A stretch of DNA of 64,000 nucleotides from Podarcis vaucheri (Eukaryota), in the NCBI GenBank assembly GCA_965113315.1, contig OZ220363.1; one strand, given 5' to 3'. This document shows, piece after piece, positions 12,922 to 26,000 of this stretch (positions are counted from its first letter, which is position 1; the number at the start of each line of letters is the position of its first letter). A program made the translations under genes and the position numbers. Under the pieces are notes generated by a model that saw nothing but the letters and a program-made list of their open reading frames with translations, was not told where the DNA came from and searched no databases.

Positions 12922-13353
12922 ACATTAATGGTTGGTTTGCCTTGGAAGATCCTGGAACGTCTTAAGATGCCAAGGATGCTCTGTGGCCGAAGACTCAAAA
13001 CAGTTATTTCACTTTCTCTCACTCTCCATTCCGAACAATGGTGGGTATATTTCTGATATGTAAAATCGAAAAGATGCTTACACCCAGGACTGAGATTCTC
13101 GTACCAGAAATAATGATCGGTTAAGACCCAAATACTGACAATTAGAATGTTATAACATGGCTGCCTGAGCTTCCAACAGTTAGAAAAGTTTGTATATATG
13201 TGTGTACTAGTAGTCAAAGCATGCTGGATTTTTTTCTGCCCTGAAACTGAAAAGTGCTTCGCCTACCTGCTCCTCTGTCTCAGCCCAGGAGATGTATAGT
13301 TTTACTCAGCACTGCATTTTATGTATTTGCGTGGGCATGTGTACATTTGTATA

Positions 13354-13434
13354 AAAAGGTAAAGGGACCCCTGACCATTGGGTCCAGTCGTGGCCGACTC
13401 TGGGGTTGCGGCGCTCATCTCGCTTTATTGGCCA
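13354..13434 (-). mobile_element. 5'-truncated Sauria SINE in the presumed G6PC2 3' UTR
   Basis: Reverse complement of the Sauria SINE 3' end (...gggtccctttacc); perfect 13-bp TSD gtacatttgtata. Confidence 0.8.
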
Positions 13435-16400
13435 GTACATTTGTATAGTTACTAGTAAATTAAACTTGCATTCTGCAAGCACCTACCTATGTTTCTGGTG
13501 AGCTCACACTTCCCTCACATCCAAGCCTTAAGCAATTCTGTGACCCATGTGTGACTTACTTTGCTCTCTGCGGAAATGCTGACATCTATTCTGAGGTAAA
13601 TGTCATGACCCAAGCTATTACTGTTCAGACCCAATATATTCATTTTGTCAGACTTTTCTATTAATCAGTGTTTTGTGGACTGTATATGTGCCAATTTGCT
13701 AGGTGACCCAGAATTTCCACCACCTTTTGGGAGTATATATTTTTTATCTTGTATCTTCCCATCCCATTTAGTAAGACACAGAGGCTACAACCCTATACTC
13801 ACTTAGCTGGGACTTAAGAGTCAGTGAACTCAATGGGATTTCAAGTAGAAATGTATAGGATTTGCACTGTTACTCTCTGCCTTTCAGAGCCTTTCAGTTT
13901 TTTCAGGTAACTGTGGAGTGTTTTGGACAATGAATGTGCAAAATTTCAGCTTTCTGGGAAGCTTGGAAGATGCTCAACCATTTGAGGGTGCTCTTTGAAT
14001 CCTTTGTTTTGTGGGAGCTGTGTACAAATGTCCCATTTTCAACTTTGTGTAACAACTGGGGTGCTTTGGACTATACATGTACCAAATGTCAAGGCTCTAC
14101 AATATTGGGTCTCATTTATTCACTGAAAATAGAGAAAACAAGTAATTAATATTTACTAAAATTATGCTATTATATGATACACCTTATCTGGAGCATATAA
14201 TGCTGTCCTCAGATTTTTCCAAGAATGTGAAGCAAAAGTAACTACTTGGTTGGTTATTACATAACAGGAAGGCAAGTATTTTTGCACTGATATGTCACTT
14301 GTGTTTTTGTATCTTGCATGTTATTTCTGCACCCTCCCTTGCCTTGAACTGTGCAGTCTAGTGATGAAAATGGAAACATCTTTTATACATTAAACTTCTC
14401 ATTCAAATACTGGTAATATCTGCATCACTTACCGTAACAGGTCAGGAGTTTTTACCCCTTGAAAGCAGCTGAATCATTGTTAGATAAGTATACAGAGTTG
14501 TAGCTTAGAAAAGGACAAACTATTTATTGATATGCATGCTCTGTGCTACATACAACTTGTATGGAATCATAATGTTCAGCCTCACAGCCTTTCCACCTTG
14601 GTAGACCGAGGAACTGAAAGACGCAGATATGCGAGAGATAATGCTATGACCAAGGTCATGGCAGAGGTGTGACCTGAAGCCCACATTTCTTCATATTCAA
14701 CTGGCACCCCAAATTCAGCACATCCCAGCTCCTGCTAGGAAAGATCCACTGCAATACCATGGGTGCATGCCATAAGTAGATGTTTAGACGGAACCAAAGC
14801 TAAATAAATTTTCTTTATTAATGGCAGTCACAAAGATTAATCTATATATCATTCACACACATCCAGCATTTGGCAAAGTCATTTTGCATCTGGAACAATA
14901 AACACGCACTAAATCTAAACCAGGGATGGCCCTCCAGATGTTTGATTCCCAGCTCCCATAAGCCCCAGGCAACATGGCCAATGGTCAGGGACGATGGGAG
15001 TTGTAGTCCAACAAAAATATCCTCACAATAGGCAAATATGAGTGTACTGTATTGTAATTCTGCAACTACACATTGGCACACAATGCAGCTTATCTCAGTC
15101 ATTTCTGGATGTCTACTGTTGTGCTCACATCAGCATTCTTGCGCTCCACGGCTGTTTACGTAAAGCATCATAACATTATGCTACAAACTTTTCAAATGCA
15201 AAAAGTAGGGTGCCTTATCCAGGCAGCATACAATCACTTCTGAATACTGTATTCATAGTAGAGTGCTTTTGCTTTGTTTTAACAAAAGCCACATACCTAA
15301 TTGTATTGTTATATTGCTGTCTTGTGTTCTGTCTTTTTATTTTTATTTTAAATACAAAACTCCTCTAGAGGCACAAAGGCATGTTCCCTTTGAGAGACAG
15401 AGGGAGAGAAGTGCATCATAGCAGGGATGGTGTTTGAGTAAAGAAAGCTTAGCTGATGAATGATACACTTTAGTGAATTAAATTTTCCGTAAATATAAAA
15501 TATTAATTGCGAAGGAAAAATCTTTTGCTTTTGATGGTAGTAGGTACTGTATTTGAAGAGGCATTCATTTCTTTTCTGTGTGTGCAAGAAGAAGCAATCC
15601 TATACCCACTTCCTGGGAGGGGGGTAAACCCCACTGAACCCAGTGGTACTAAGTTTTAGTAGACATGTATAGGATTGTACTATAAATGTTGCTGCCTTCA
15701 TTTGCTCCAAGTACTGGTATATTATTGAGCTATTGCCAAAGGATTTTTTCCCCTTTTTCCTTGGTGTAAATGTCAGTAATTTTCACAAACATTTCTGACA
15801 TTCTCCTGTTAAGTGACAGTCATCAATGCTTAACAAGCCTGGAGGATACTAGAATGTCACCTTGTGAACTTAATTTGCAATGCATGAAGAGTTCCAACAC
15901 AGAGCAAGGGGATTTGGGAAAACCGTTTATATCAAGCCAGCTACAATCCCAGTTATTCTTTTCCTGTTAACGGTTTCCTCTCTGTAAATTGCTAACAGCT
16001 ACATGAGGGAAATCTAGTTTTAAATAGATTGATTTTTGGCAGCATATATATTTCCAAATTAACAGATTGCGTTTATGAAAAGGCCTTTTCCACAAATCTT
16101 ATTTAAGATTTGGGGTTACCACGTACCCTTAAAAAACCACACACACACACTCTGGAACATCACACCTCTATAACGATGGATAGCCCTTGTTTGGGACTCA
16201 TCAGTTTGAGCTGCCTTACTTCTAAGTCACTGTTTGATGCCTAATTTGAACTCCCTTTCCACATTATGATGATGAAAGCCCATAATAAATCCCATGAATT
16301 GCCCAGATGAAAAGGTAGAAAGTATGGTCATGTATAGGCCTGGCTCTTCCCATTCAATCAGCCAAAGACAGCTGTGACTTGGCAGCACGCAGCTGTCAGG

Positions 16401-18552
16401 GACATCAAGGAGGATGCAAACCACCTCTGGGTACCATCATGGCCCTGGAGACAGAATCCCCTTCTTCAGGGGATGAGGCTGAGGATTCTGAACCAGAACA
16501 GAGAAGGCAGTCGGGGCCAGCTTCCACCAGATGAGCCAGGAGGAAGTTCCCCTCCAGCTTGAGAATGATTGGACTTGGGAGACTCCATTGCAGAAACCCC
16601 AGTGAGACCACTGCCTTTGAATACCAGTTCCTGGGAATCAGAGGTGGGCAGGATGTCATTGTACCTAGGTCCTGCTTGCAGGCTTTCCACAGGTATCTGG
16701 ATGGCTGCTGTAAGAACAGGATCTTGGACTAGATGGGCCATGGACCTGATCCAGCAGACTCTTTTTATGTTCCCACCAGGGCCACTTTAACTGAAGAAAC
16801 TCCCTTAACCTTCCAGTGCAGGCAGAGCTAACCATTGGGATTCAGCTGCTTCTGATGCATAGGGCCCAATTTGTTTGTTGCTGAAGCAACACCAGATCTC
16901 TGTTTTGCTATAGCACAGCCTGAGCCTTGCATCCAGCCTGAATTTTGCCTTGTACTGCATCCAGCCTGCTCCCGGCTGGCCTCGTCCTGCACCCAACCTG
17001 AGCTACGCCTCACTGCAGAGGAGCACATCTGATTCCAGGTAATAACAACAACAGTAAATTAAACCACAATTTGCTGCCCTTTCACGACACCCGCCTCACT
17101 CAGCCTAATGGTTCTGGATGCAGTTACTTCTTTCCATCCTTTTTTAAAAGAATGATATTTAGTCAGCAGAAAACACAGGACAGCAAAGACCCAAAATTTC
17201 ATCCCTTGCTTTAATGAAAACATATCTGTACACAAGTAGCTGGGTAGCCAAGTGGTAAAGTGAGGAGGAAGGTAGTGATACAAATTCTCCTTTCTGTATC
17301 TCCACTTCCACACAGTGTAGATTCTTTACTTACCAGTCTTCCCCAACCTGGTTTTGGACTACAATTCCCATCAGCCCCAGCTAGCACAGTGGCTGGAGGC
17401 TGGGGAAAGCTAGTTCAGATATTCAGTTAGCATTGGTTGTTCACTTCTGCAAACACATGACAACAAACATTCCCTACCCCCAAAGGACCGAGTGCAGTGA
17501 GGCTGCATTTGCCTTTTCCTGTGTTTTCTTTTCCTGATTCAGCAGCACTGATGGTAATTTTTCTGTCACTTTCTGCAGCATCAGTATGAACAGTCTCCTG
17601 CACCCCCTAGCTGTTTTTTTCAGTGTTCTTTGTTTTGAGAAAGGCATTGTGGCAGCTCCAGATGCCTTTTTAACGAGCAAGGGAAAAACTGCAGCTGACT
17701 TTTTCTCCATTTGAGAAAGCTACCATAACAGGACCTATAGCTTGCTGGTGCAACACATGCCCTGCCTGATCCATTTATATCCATGTGAACTGAATGGTTT
17801 GCAATGGAACTGTACATCCCTATGTCAAGATGCATCCAGACAGTTCAGTGTGCTGGAATGATTGCAATATGGATCAGCGTGCAAATCCATACATAGATCC
17901 GCACTGGCTTTGTGCGAAATTTCTCCCTTGTTTGATCAGTGGTGAATATAATTTCATAACTTGCTGAACCTCCAGTGGCACATGCAGTACACTCATGTGC
18001 AGAACGGGCGCCATGGGTAAGACAGCCTTTCTTGATGGACACACACAGCCACCTTGCAATGCTTCCTTCGTGTTTACGGATATGTGGACACCTGCATTTA
18101 GATATTTCCATGATCACAACTGTGAAATGAGTAATAGTAGGTCATGCCAGTGGATGCAACTGTTTGCCCAGAGTGCCAAGTGGAAGCTTCCATGTGGACC
18201 GGGGGCTGCAGATCTGCAGTTGTTGACTTCACTGGTGTTGCAGGTATGTGGCCTAATAATCCAGACATATAAATACTTCGGCAGAACTTTAGTTGATTAA
18301 AAAAAACCAAACAGGTTTTGAGCACTCTCCCAACAGCATCACTGTTTGAGTAGATGTTGCCTTTCTTCGTACCCACAGCAAGTTTAATGACTGATGTCAC
18401 AAGCTGGAAAGCGGGGGGTGGTGCGCTTTCTCCTGCACATTTGCAATAGCAGTGTGAATGTGTAACATAAAGATTATTGACATGTTCATCCTTGGTCTTA
18501 TCACATCCCTAAGTAAATTACATTGATTGTGTCATGGAGTAAGTGTGAAAGC

Positions 18553-18753
18553 TCAGCTGATAGGTGCCCCAGTGGTAACCAGTTTGTAGTATGCCCCTTG
18601 CTGGGCCATCAGTTCTTCATGAGTGCCCTTTTCAACGATCGCTCCTTGCGACATGACAGCTATGATATCAGAATGCTGAATGGTAGAAAGGCGGTGAGCT
18701 ATGACGATGCACGTTCGGCCTTCTCTAGCTTTATCCAGTGCAGCCTGCACAGT
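18553..18753 (-). CDS. ABCB11: ABCB11 exon 28 (last coding, 201 bp)
   Basis: [24 protein letters not shown]...GAPIS*. Confidence 0.95.
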   Translation of the reverse strand, partial: TVQAALDKAREGRTCIVIAHRLSTIQHSDIIAVMSQGAIVEKGTHEELMAQQGAYYKLVTTGAPIS

Positions 18754-21700
18754 CTGAAGACAAAGGAGAAAGTGACAAAGTAAAAGTAGTAAAGGCAACT
18801 TTCCGCAGAGTATCTCAATGCTGCTCCTGGCAATTGCATTCTAATCTGGTCATTCACATACAGTGGTGCCCCGCAAGACGAATGCCTCGCAAGACGGAAA
18901 ACCCGCTAGACGAAAGGGTTTTCCGTTTTTGAGCTGCTTCGCAAGATGATTTTCCCTATGGGCTTGCTTTGCAAGACGAAAACGTCTTGCAAGTGTTCCG
19001 ATTTTTTTCCGCTCCCCCCCTTTTTCTAAGCCGCTAAGCCTTTAATAGCCTTTTAGTCGCTAATCCGCTAAGCCTTTAATAGCCGCTAAGCCTTTAATAG
19101 CCGCTAAACCGCTAATAGCGCTAATCCGCTAAGCCGCTAATAGGGTTGCTTCGCAAGACAAACCGCTAGACGAAGAGACTCGCGGAACGGATTAATTTCA
19201 TCTTGCGAGGCACCACTGTAATTAATATATATATATGTAACCAAATAAGTCCTTTCTCCCCTGAAGTGGCGCTGTGCTCTAATCCACTGAGCCTTTTGGG
19301 CTTGCTGATCATAAGGTTTGAATCTGCACGGTGGGGTGAGCTCCCATTGCTCTGTCCCAGCTCCTGCCAACCTAGCAGTTCAAAAGCATACCAGCACAAG
19401 TAGATAAATAGGTACCACTGTGGTGGGAAGGCAAACAGCATTTCCGTGTACTCTGGCACTCGTCATGGTGTCCTGTGCACCAGAAGCGGTTTAGTCATGC
19501 TGGCCACATGACCCGGAAAAGCTGTTTGCGGATAAACACCAGCTCCCTCGGCCTGAAAGCGGATATTAGCGCCACACCCCATAGTCACCTTTGACTGGAC
19601 TTAACAGTCCAGGGGTCCTTTTTTACCTTTACACGCAAGCATTCAGTCTAATTATTAAGAAAGTCATCGCATGATCATCACATGAATGTATGGGAGAGGA
19701 AAGAACCAAAGAAATATTTCTACACCCAGTGATTCACAATTGAGAGAGCAGCTCTTTTTCATCCTATTCATTTGTTATCTTTGAGGCATGATTGATGCTA
19801 CAGAACCATTCCTTCACAGCTGGCCTTAAGATACGGTATTGGATTCAGTCATGGTGAAATAGCTTTGCCCCAACAACCAAGGAGCAAAGCCTAAATTTAC
19901 AGTGAAGAAGGTTGGTAAGAAAGCTCTGCTAGCAAAGTTTCATCTGTGAGGATGACTTACTTGTCATCAAAAGGTTAATATGCAAGTATGAATTGCCCTA
20001 CTTGCTCTACGTTGTTGTTTTTTAGTCCACGTGGTTTACTCTCCCTCCTCTTTACCTGTTCACTTTCAGTATCCAGAGCAGATGTTGCTTCATCCAGTAG
20101 CAAGATCTTGGGATCTCGGATGATGGCTCGAGCGATAGCGATGCGCTGCTTTTGCCCACGAGAGAGCAGCGATCCCTGAGAGCCAACATTCGTTTTGTAT
20201 TGCTGGAAAACATACATTGGCTGAATTTTAAGCAACTCCTTTTACCATCAGAAATATGCACAGTGCTGCAGTACTGGAAGAAAATAATGGTGCTGCTTGT
20301 GGAGGCAATGTGGCATGAAACAACTCTTGTTCGTGTTTTATTGGTGATATGAACTACCCTTGGGATATGGAAACTTTCTCAGGGCAGGGAGTAATCCTGT
20401 GAAGTAACTGAGAGATGGCGACTGGACCAAGGTCAGCCAGTGAATTTTATGGATGAGAAGGGATTTGAACCTCGGTTTCCTTGCTTTTAGTCCAGCAACT
20501 CTAGCTGCTACACCACACTGGCTGTCCAAAAGTGAGCTGCTGTTCAGGAGCATATTATAGCATGTGCATAGCTGCATCTAGGAAAATGGCTGAGATTCTG
20601 TGACTCACACACCATGGATTCCTTATTTAGCCACCGTTCCCTTTCACAACACTGAACACTAGTGAAGAAAAAGATGCTTACGTCAGGAAGCGATATGACG
20701 AAGTCATGCAGCTGGGCCTTCTTAGCTGCTGCTATCACTTCTTCCATAGAAATCTCTCTGGTGTTATCACCGTATTTTATATTGTCAGCAATGCTACAGC
20801 CAAACAGCACAGGTTCCTGGGACACTATCCCAATTTTAGATCTCAGAAAGCGGACATTTACTTTCTTGCTGTCATGTCCATCTATCAACTGCACAGGAAA
20901 AAAACCAGAAAAGACAAAATATTTATTTATGGACTATTGGCGCCGTCGTAAGGGAACCTCAGTTGCTTTAAATTTTAACTTAAGCTTACACTGAACTTAC
21001 TAAACTTTAAATAATTTTCACATGAATCTATGCTGAATGCTTAAACCCCTTTAAGTAAAATTATATTTGAAATACCTCTTCATTCCAATGCTGTTTAGAA
21101 CTAGCCTTATAAAAGAGTGCCTGAATTCAGTTGGGCAACTTATTTTGAATGCATTTAGATGAACCACTTGTTTGGTAGATTTCATGCAAATAAGTCCACT
21201 TACTTTAAATGGTCAGGCGGCACTGCAGCCTGGAGACGGCCCCATGCCAGCCATCTGGAGGCCAGTTTGGGAGGACTGCAGGCCTGCCTGGGGATTGCCC
21301 AATGGTAGGCAGGCTGGATATGGGGATTCCCCAGGGGGCGGGACCAACCAGCTGGTGACCACTGAGGGGTTGCTTCTATCCGACACCCAGATGGGGGCTA
21401 GAGCCATAGAACTTCTCCAGTGGTGACCCTTTGGGGGGGGGATACCCTTATTTGATGTAGGCCATAGGACCTCCACCCCCACCCCGTGGTGTAGTTTACC
21501 CTTAGATACACTCCCAGCAGATGGACTGGAGTTAAATAAACAACTTCACCCAATGCCTATGCCAAAACCTCACATATGTAACCAATAAAGTTGTGGCCTT
21601 TTTGAACCCAAAGACTCTATATGCTGCTTGGTCACGGGGTCTTGGCACCCAAGCTTTCATCCTCATTATCAGCTGTCATTCTGGTACAAGGTAAGTTTAT

Positions 21701-22999
21701 TATATGGAATTTACCAAGCAAATTGTTCTCCAAATTCATGTGAAATATGTTACACAAATGAGTTCAGTGGAACTCGGGTTACCTAGTTAAAAAAATGTCT
21801 GTTTGTCATAGCTAATAGATGTACAGGTTTCACGTAAATTTACGTTTTACACATTCATAGCCTCTCTTTACTTTTTTTAAAAAAAGGGATGTCTGTGTAA
21901 TTTCATTTATCAGAAGCAGAGCCAGCCTATGCATTAAGTAGAGCGAGGCACCCACGTCAGGCAGAGGTTGCCAGCATTTTATTTTTATTTTTTTCATATA
22001 ATTTTTATTAAATTTTCAATATACATTCCACCAAAATTTAACACCCGCTTCTATCATCTACATCTTTTAGACTTCCCTCAGCATGTCTGACAATTTTCCG
22101 TATTATCACTTCTACTCACATTTCTCAATTTTATATTGCACTCTGACAATCTTAATCTTATCATATTTTTGAGGTTGCCGGCATTTTAGTGTGCATTTCT
22201 CTTAATATACACATTTCTGAATGCAATCATAACACATTTTATACACAAGTTTTATGCACATATTTTATAGACGTATATGCAATTTTGGTCTGGAACCCAT
22301 GGGGAAAGTGTCAAGCCTGTTCGAAAGCTACCAGACCACAGACAGCACTGAGTGAGCAGTTTGCACCAACAGATGTTGGAAGCAGACTGAGTGAAGCCTT
22401 TTATGCTTCTGTTTCCAGATTGCATCCTCCTGGCTCTAACCCCCAGAAAGGGCCAATGCTCTGGCTTGAAGACAGGCACTCCTCTTTTATTCCATGACCT
22501 CCCACCTGATGTATTCCTTGCACTGCAAGCTGGGTGATTTGCAGTGAGATGCACCTGCTCCCTTAGGGAGAAATGTCCACCAGAGTCCAGGCTCTGGCCC
22601 CATAAGCACTGATGGAGGTTCCCCTAGGAGTTCTCATCCAACCACTTCATGCACTGAAACCAGAACTGGCTGCTTCTGCATCCTCCAACTGCTGGGTTCA
22701 GGGGGTCGTGATGGGAGAACTGTGGGTTTGCTTTATAACAACTCTTCGGCGCTCTTTTACTATGTATGAAAGCAGAGAAGGCTACATACCACTCTTCCTT
22801 CCTCAGGGTCATAAAAACGTTCCAGAAGTTGGACACTGGTACTTTTGCCACATCCACTACTTCCAACAAAGGCAAGGGTCTGTCCAGATTTCACAGACAC
22901 CGAAAGACCATTTAGCACTTGGACGTTGGGACGAGAGGGATATGTGAACTTGCAGTTCAAGAATTCAATGCTTCCACGAAAGTTATCCTGATTATACAA

Positions 23000-23042
<43 letters not shown>

Positions 23043-26000
23043 GAGAGAATGTTCTACGTGTGGTTGAACTGAATTCACAAATGACTCTTATGGAAGTAAT
23101 GATTACTATTACCACTATTCCTATAACTGTCACGATCAATTACACTTTTAAAACCAATTAGCCATGTAGCTCTTAAATGATAAGCAGATGGAATCTAAAT
23201 CAATTTGCATGTTGCAAAACCTCACTGAGTAAGGAGACAGTTGCACCTTAGTGTGGGAACATATAAGACATTGGTTAAAAGGAGAAAAATCTACCACTTT
23301 GTGGTAGAAGGAAATAACCTCATGCATATTTCAATCAGATTTGCAACATTTGCAACATTGACACTGCAATAAACAAAAACCTAGGCCCCAGGCTGCAAAA
23401 ATATAACATGTTCAGTACAGTGTGGAAGGTTTAAAAGACATGTTGACAATGATTGCAGCTGACCTCTACCAACTTCTGTTGTTTCCTGTGGTTCTTACCT
23501 AAGAGACAATGTCACAGCACCAGCATCACTGAGAAAAGTAAACCATTTGCTCATTTTCCATGTAAACTAAGACCTTTAAGTCTCTTTCCCATCAAATTAG
23601 GCACAAGGAAGTGGGAGTCAGCATGTGTGCAACCTGCACAGGTTGCTGGAGCTGATGGAAGTTGTGGTCCAAATCATTTGGAGAGCGCTAGGTTGGCAAA
23701 GCCTGCTAACAATCCTGAGTCCTGGAGCTTTGGTTTGCTGTTACCCAAATTATTAATCTGGAGACACACTGAACCTGTGAGATTGAGTTGAATAACTGCA
23801 CTGATTGATCAACTGGCAACAGACTTACGTAAGTCATTTAATCCCTTTGATTTCAGCGCATCTGCTCTGACTAACACTGAATAGCACCCGCTTTGTTCAA
23901 ATGGGGCTTACTCATCTAAGTGTGCATAGGACTGCTGCCTGGGACTTGCCCCCACAAATACCACTACTTTTAAAAATATATTCCATGTCATTTCAGAGTC
24001 GGACACTCCTCAGAATGAACCTAGCGTAATGCCCCTAGCGCAATAGGAAGGGAAGTGGTTTTCACATTACTTTTATGTGTATGATGGCTGAAATAATTCT
24101 GAAGCAGCACCGTCCGGTTCCTGAAGATGCTGAACCAAAAAGAAGAACCAATGAAGCAACAGAGGCTGGTGTATCAAGGGAAGCTTCCTTGTACTGTATG
24201 GCCTAACATAAGACAAGTCCACTCTCTCCTATTGTTCATTCTGTGGGGTGAGCTATATCGCTGAGGTTTCCGTTCTGTACACATTGTGAAACCATTCTAA
24301 CAGCCGCCAGTTTACAAATTCATTAATCTAGATGAACTGCTTTGTGCATTTTTTTAGTGAGTCATTTGTGCCTCATTTGTTAAATAATAGCCAACTTTCA
24401 ATAGCCAAAGGAAGTGGCGCAGGATTCCTAATACACCTTTCTCTGCAAGTATTGCCTAAGTTCCTCATATTTGCACCATGACAAAGTGAGGTGCAGTAAA
24501 TTCACTGACGTGCAGGTGTCCATTACATACCCAGTGTTACAGTCTGTGGCTTGTACAGAGTTCTGAAGGGCAAAATAAAATGTTTGCTGTTACCAGGCAA
24601 TACCAGGCTCTTCAACTGATAAAACTGCCTTCATCAAGAAATATTGTATTCACACACATTCTCTCTCTCTCTCACTGGTGTGGTGTAGTGGTTAAGAGCA
24701 GAAGACTCGTAATCTGGGTAACCGGGTTCGTGTCTCCGCTCCTCCACATGCAGCTGCTGGGTGACCTTGGGCTAGTCACACTTCTTTGAAGTCTCTCAGC
24801 CCCACTCACCTCACAGAGTGTTTGTTGTGGGGGAGGAAGGAAAAGGAGAATGTTAGCTGCTTTGAGACTCCTTCGGGTAGTGATAAAGCANNNNNNNNNN
24901 NNNNNNNNNNNNNNNNNNNNNNNNNNNNNNNNNNNNNNNNNNNNNNNNNNNNNNNNNNNNNNNNNNNNNNNNNNNNNNNNNNNNNNNNNNNNNNNNNNNN
25001 NNNNNNNNNNNNNNNNNNNNNNNNNNNNNNNNNNNNNNNNNNNNNNNNNNNNNNNNNNNNNNNNNNNNTTTTCTTTTGTGGAATCAAAGTGACCAACTGT
25101 GGGCTGCTTTGCACATCATTGCTTACCATGTACGAGCAGACATCTCACACTTCATTCCTCCCTTAGCTCTTGTGGCAGCAACAAGCCAGAATCCTTGGCT
25201 TAGAGTTGATGTCTGGGTCCAGGCACTGTGGTTTGTTTTCTCTCAAACAAGACATGATCAGGAAGCCAAGAACGAGCCTTGGCTTCAGACCATGCTTTGG
25301 CATGTGTGACTTGACACATCCCCAAGCCTGGTTTGCGTATGCTAAGCTAAGGACCATGGCTTGTTGCTCCACTTGTGCCAAGGGAGGAAGGAAGTGGGAG
25401 CCAGGCCTTATGCTGTTAGAATGGCATCACACACAAAAACACACATAAGAGGGAGGTGTTAGTAGGTTCTGGGGAGCCCTAAGGTTTGCACAAGTGCAAA
25501 AACCTTTAGGGGGAAAACCCCAAAAGGGTGGGAGGGGGCTGCAAAAATAGCCCCAAGAAGGCTGAGCACATGCAGCAGCCACAAAATGCTGATTGACTGA
25601 TTTGGTTGGGCGGGAATGACAGAAAAGCAGGTGGAAGAGCAATGGAATAGAGTATTCTGAACTCCACATTTTGCAACATTTTGTCTCACATACGACTTTT
25701 AATTAATATTGAAGAAAGACACCACTTAATGCTGAATCAATACTTCACTCACACATGTTCAAGTCATTGTGCGATGGCTGCAGTGAGCAGGTGGCAAACA
25801 TGGTGAGCCCATAATCTACTCCCCTGAAGAGTTATTATGTGGTGTGAACTTTCACTAGGAAGCTAAGTAAAATTCTGTGGAGCTGCTTGGTTCATGGCTT
25901 TGTTTCAGGTGGAAACATTTCCCACAAGTTCTAAATGGCCTGAAGAGTTGTCCATGCATGCTGGCTGTGACTCTCCAGGGATCCAGACTGGGTACATACC

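Noticed and set aside
19025-19140. Short repeated units gccgctaagcc resembling an array
   Set aside because: Degenerate tandem repeat inside a MITE; no unique spacers, so not CRISPR
24674-24750. tRNA-like sequences (also ~35545-35615, ~53925-53990)
   Set aside because: SINE heads with degenerate stems, not functional tRNA genes
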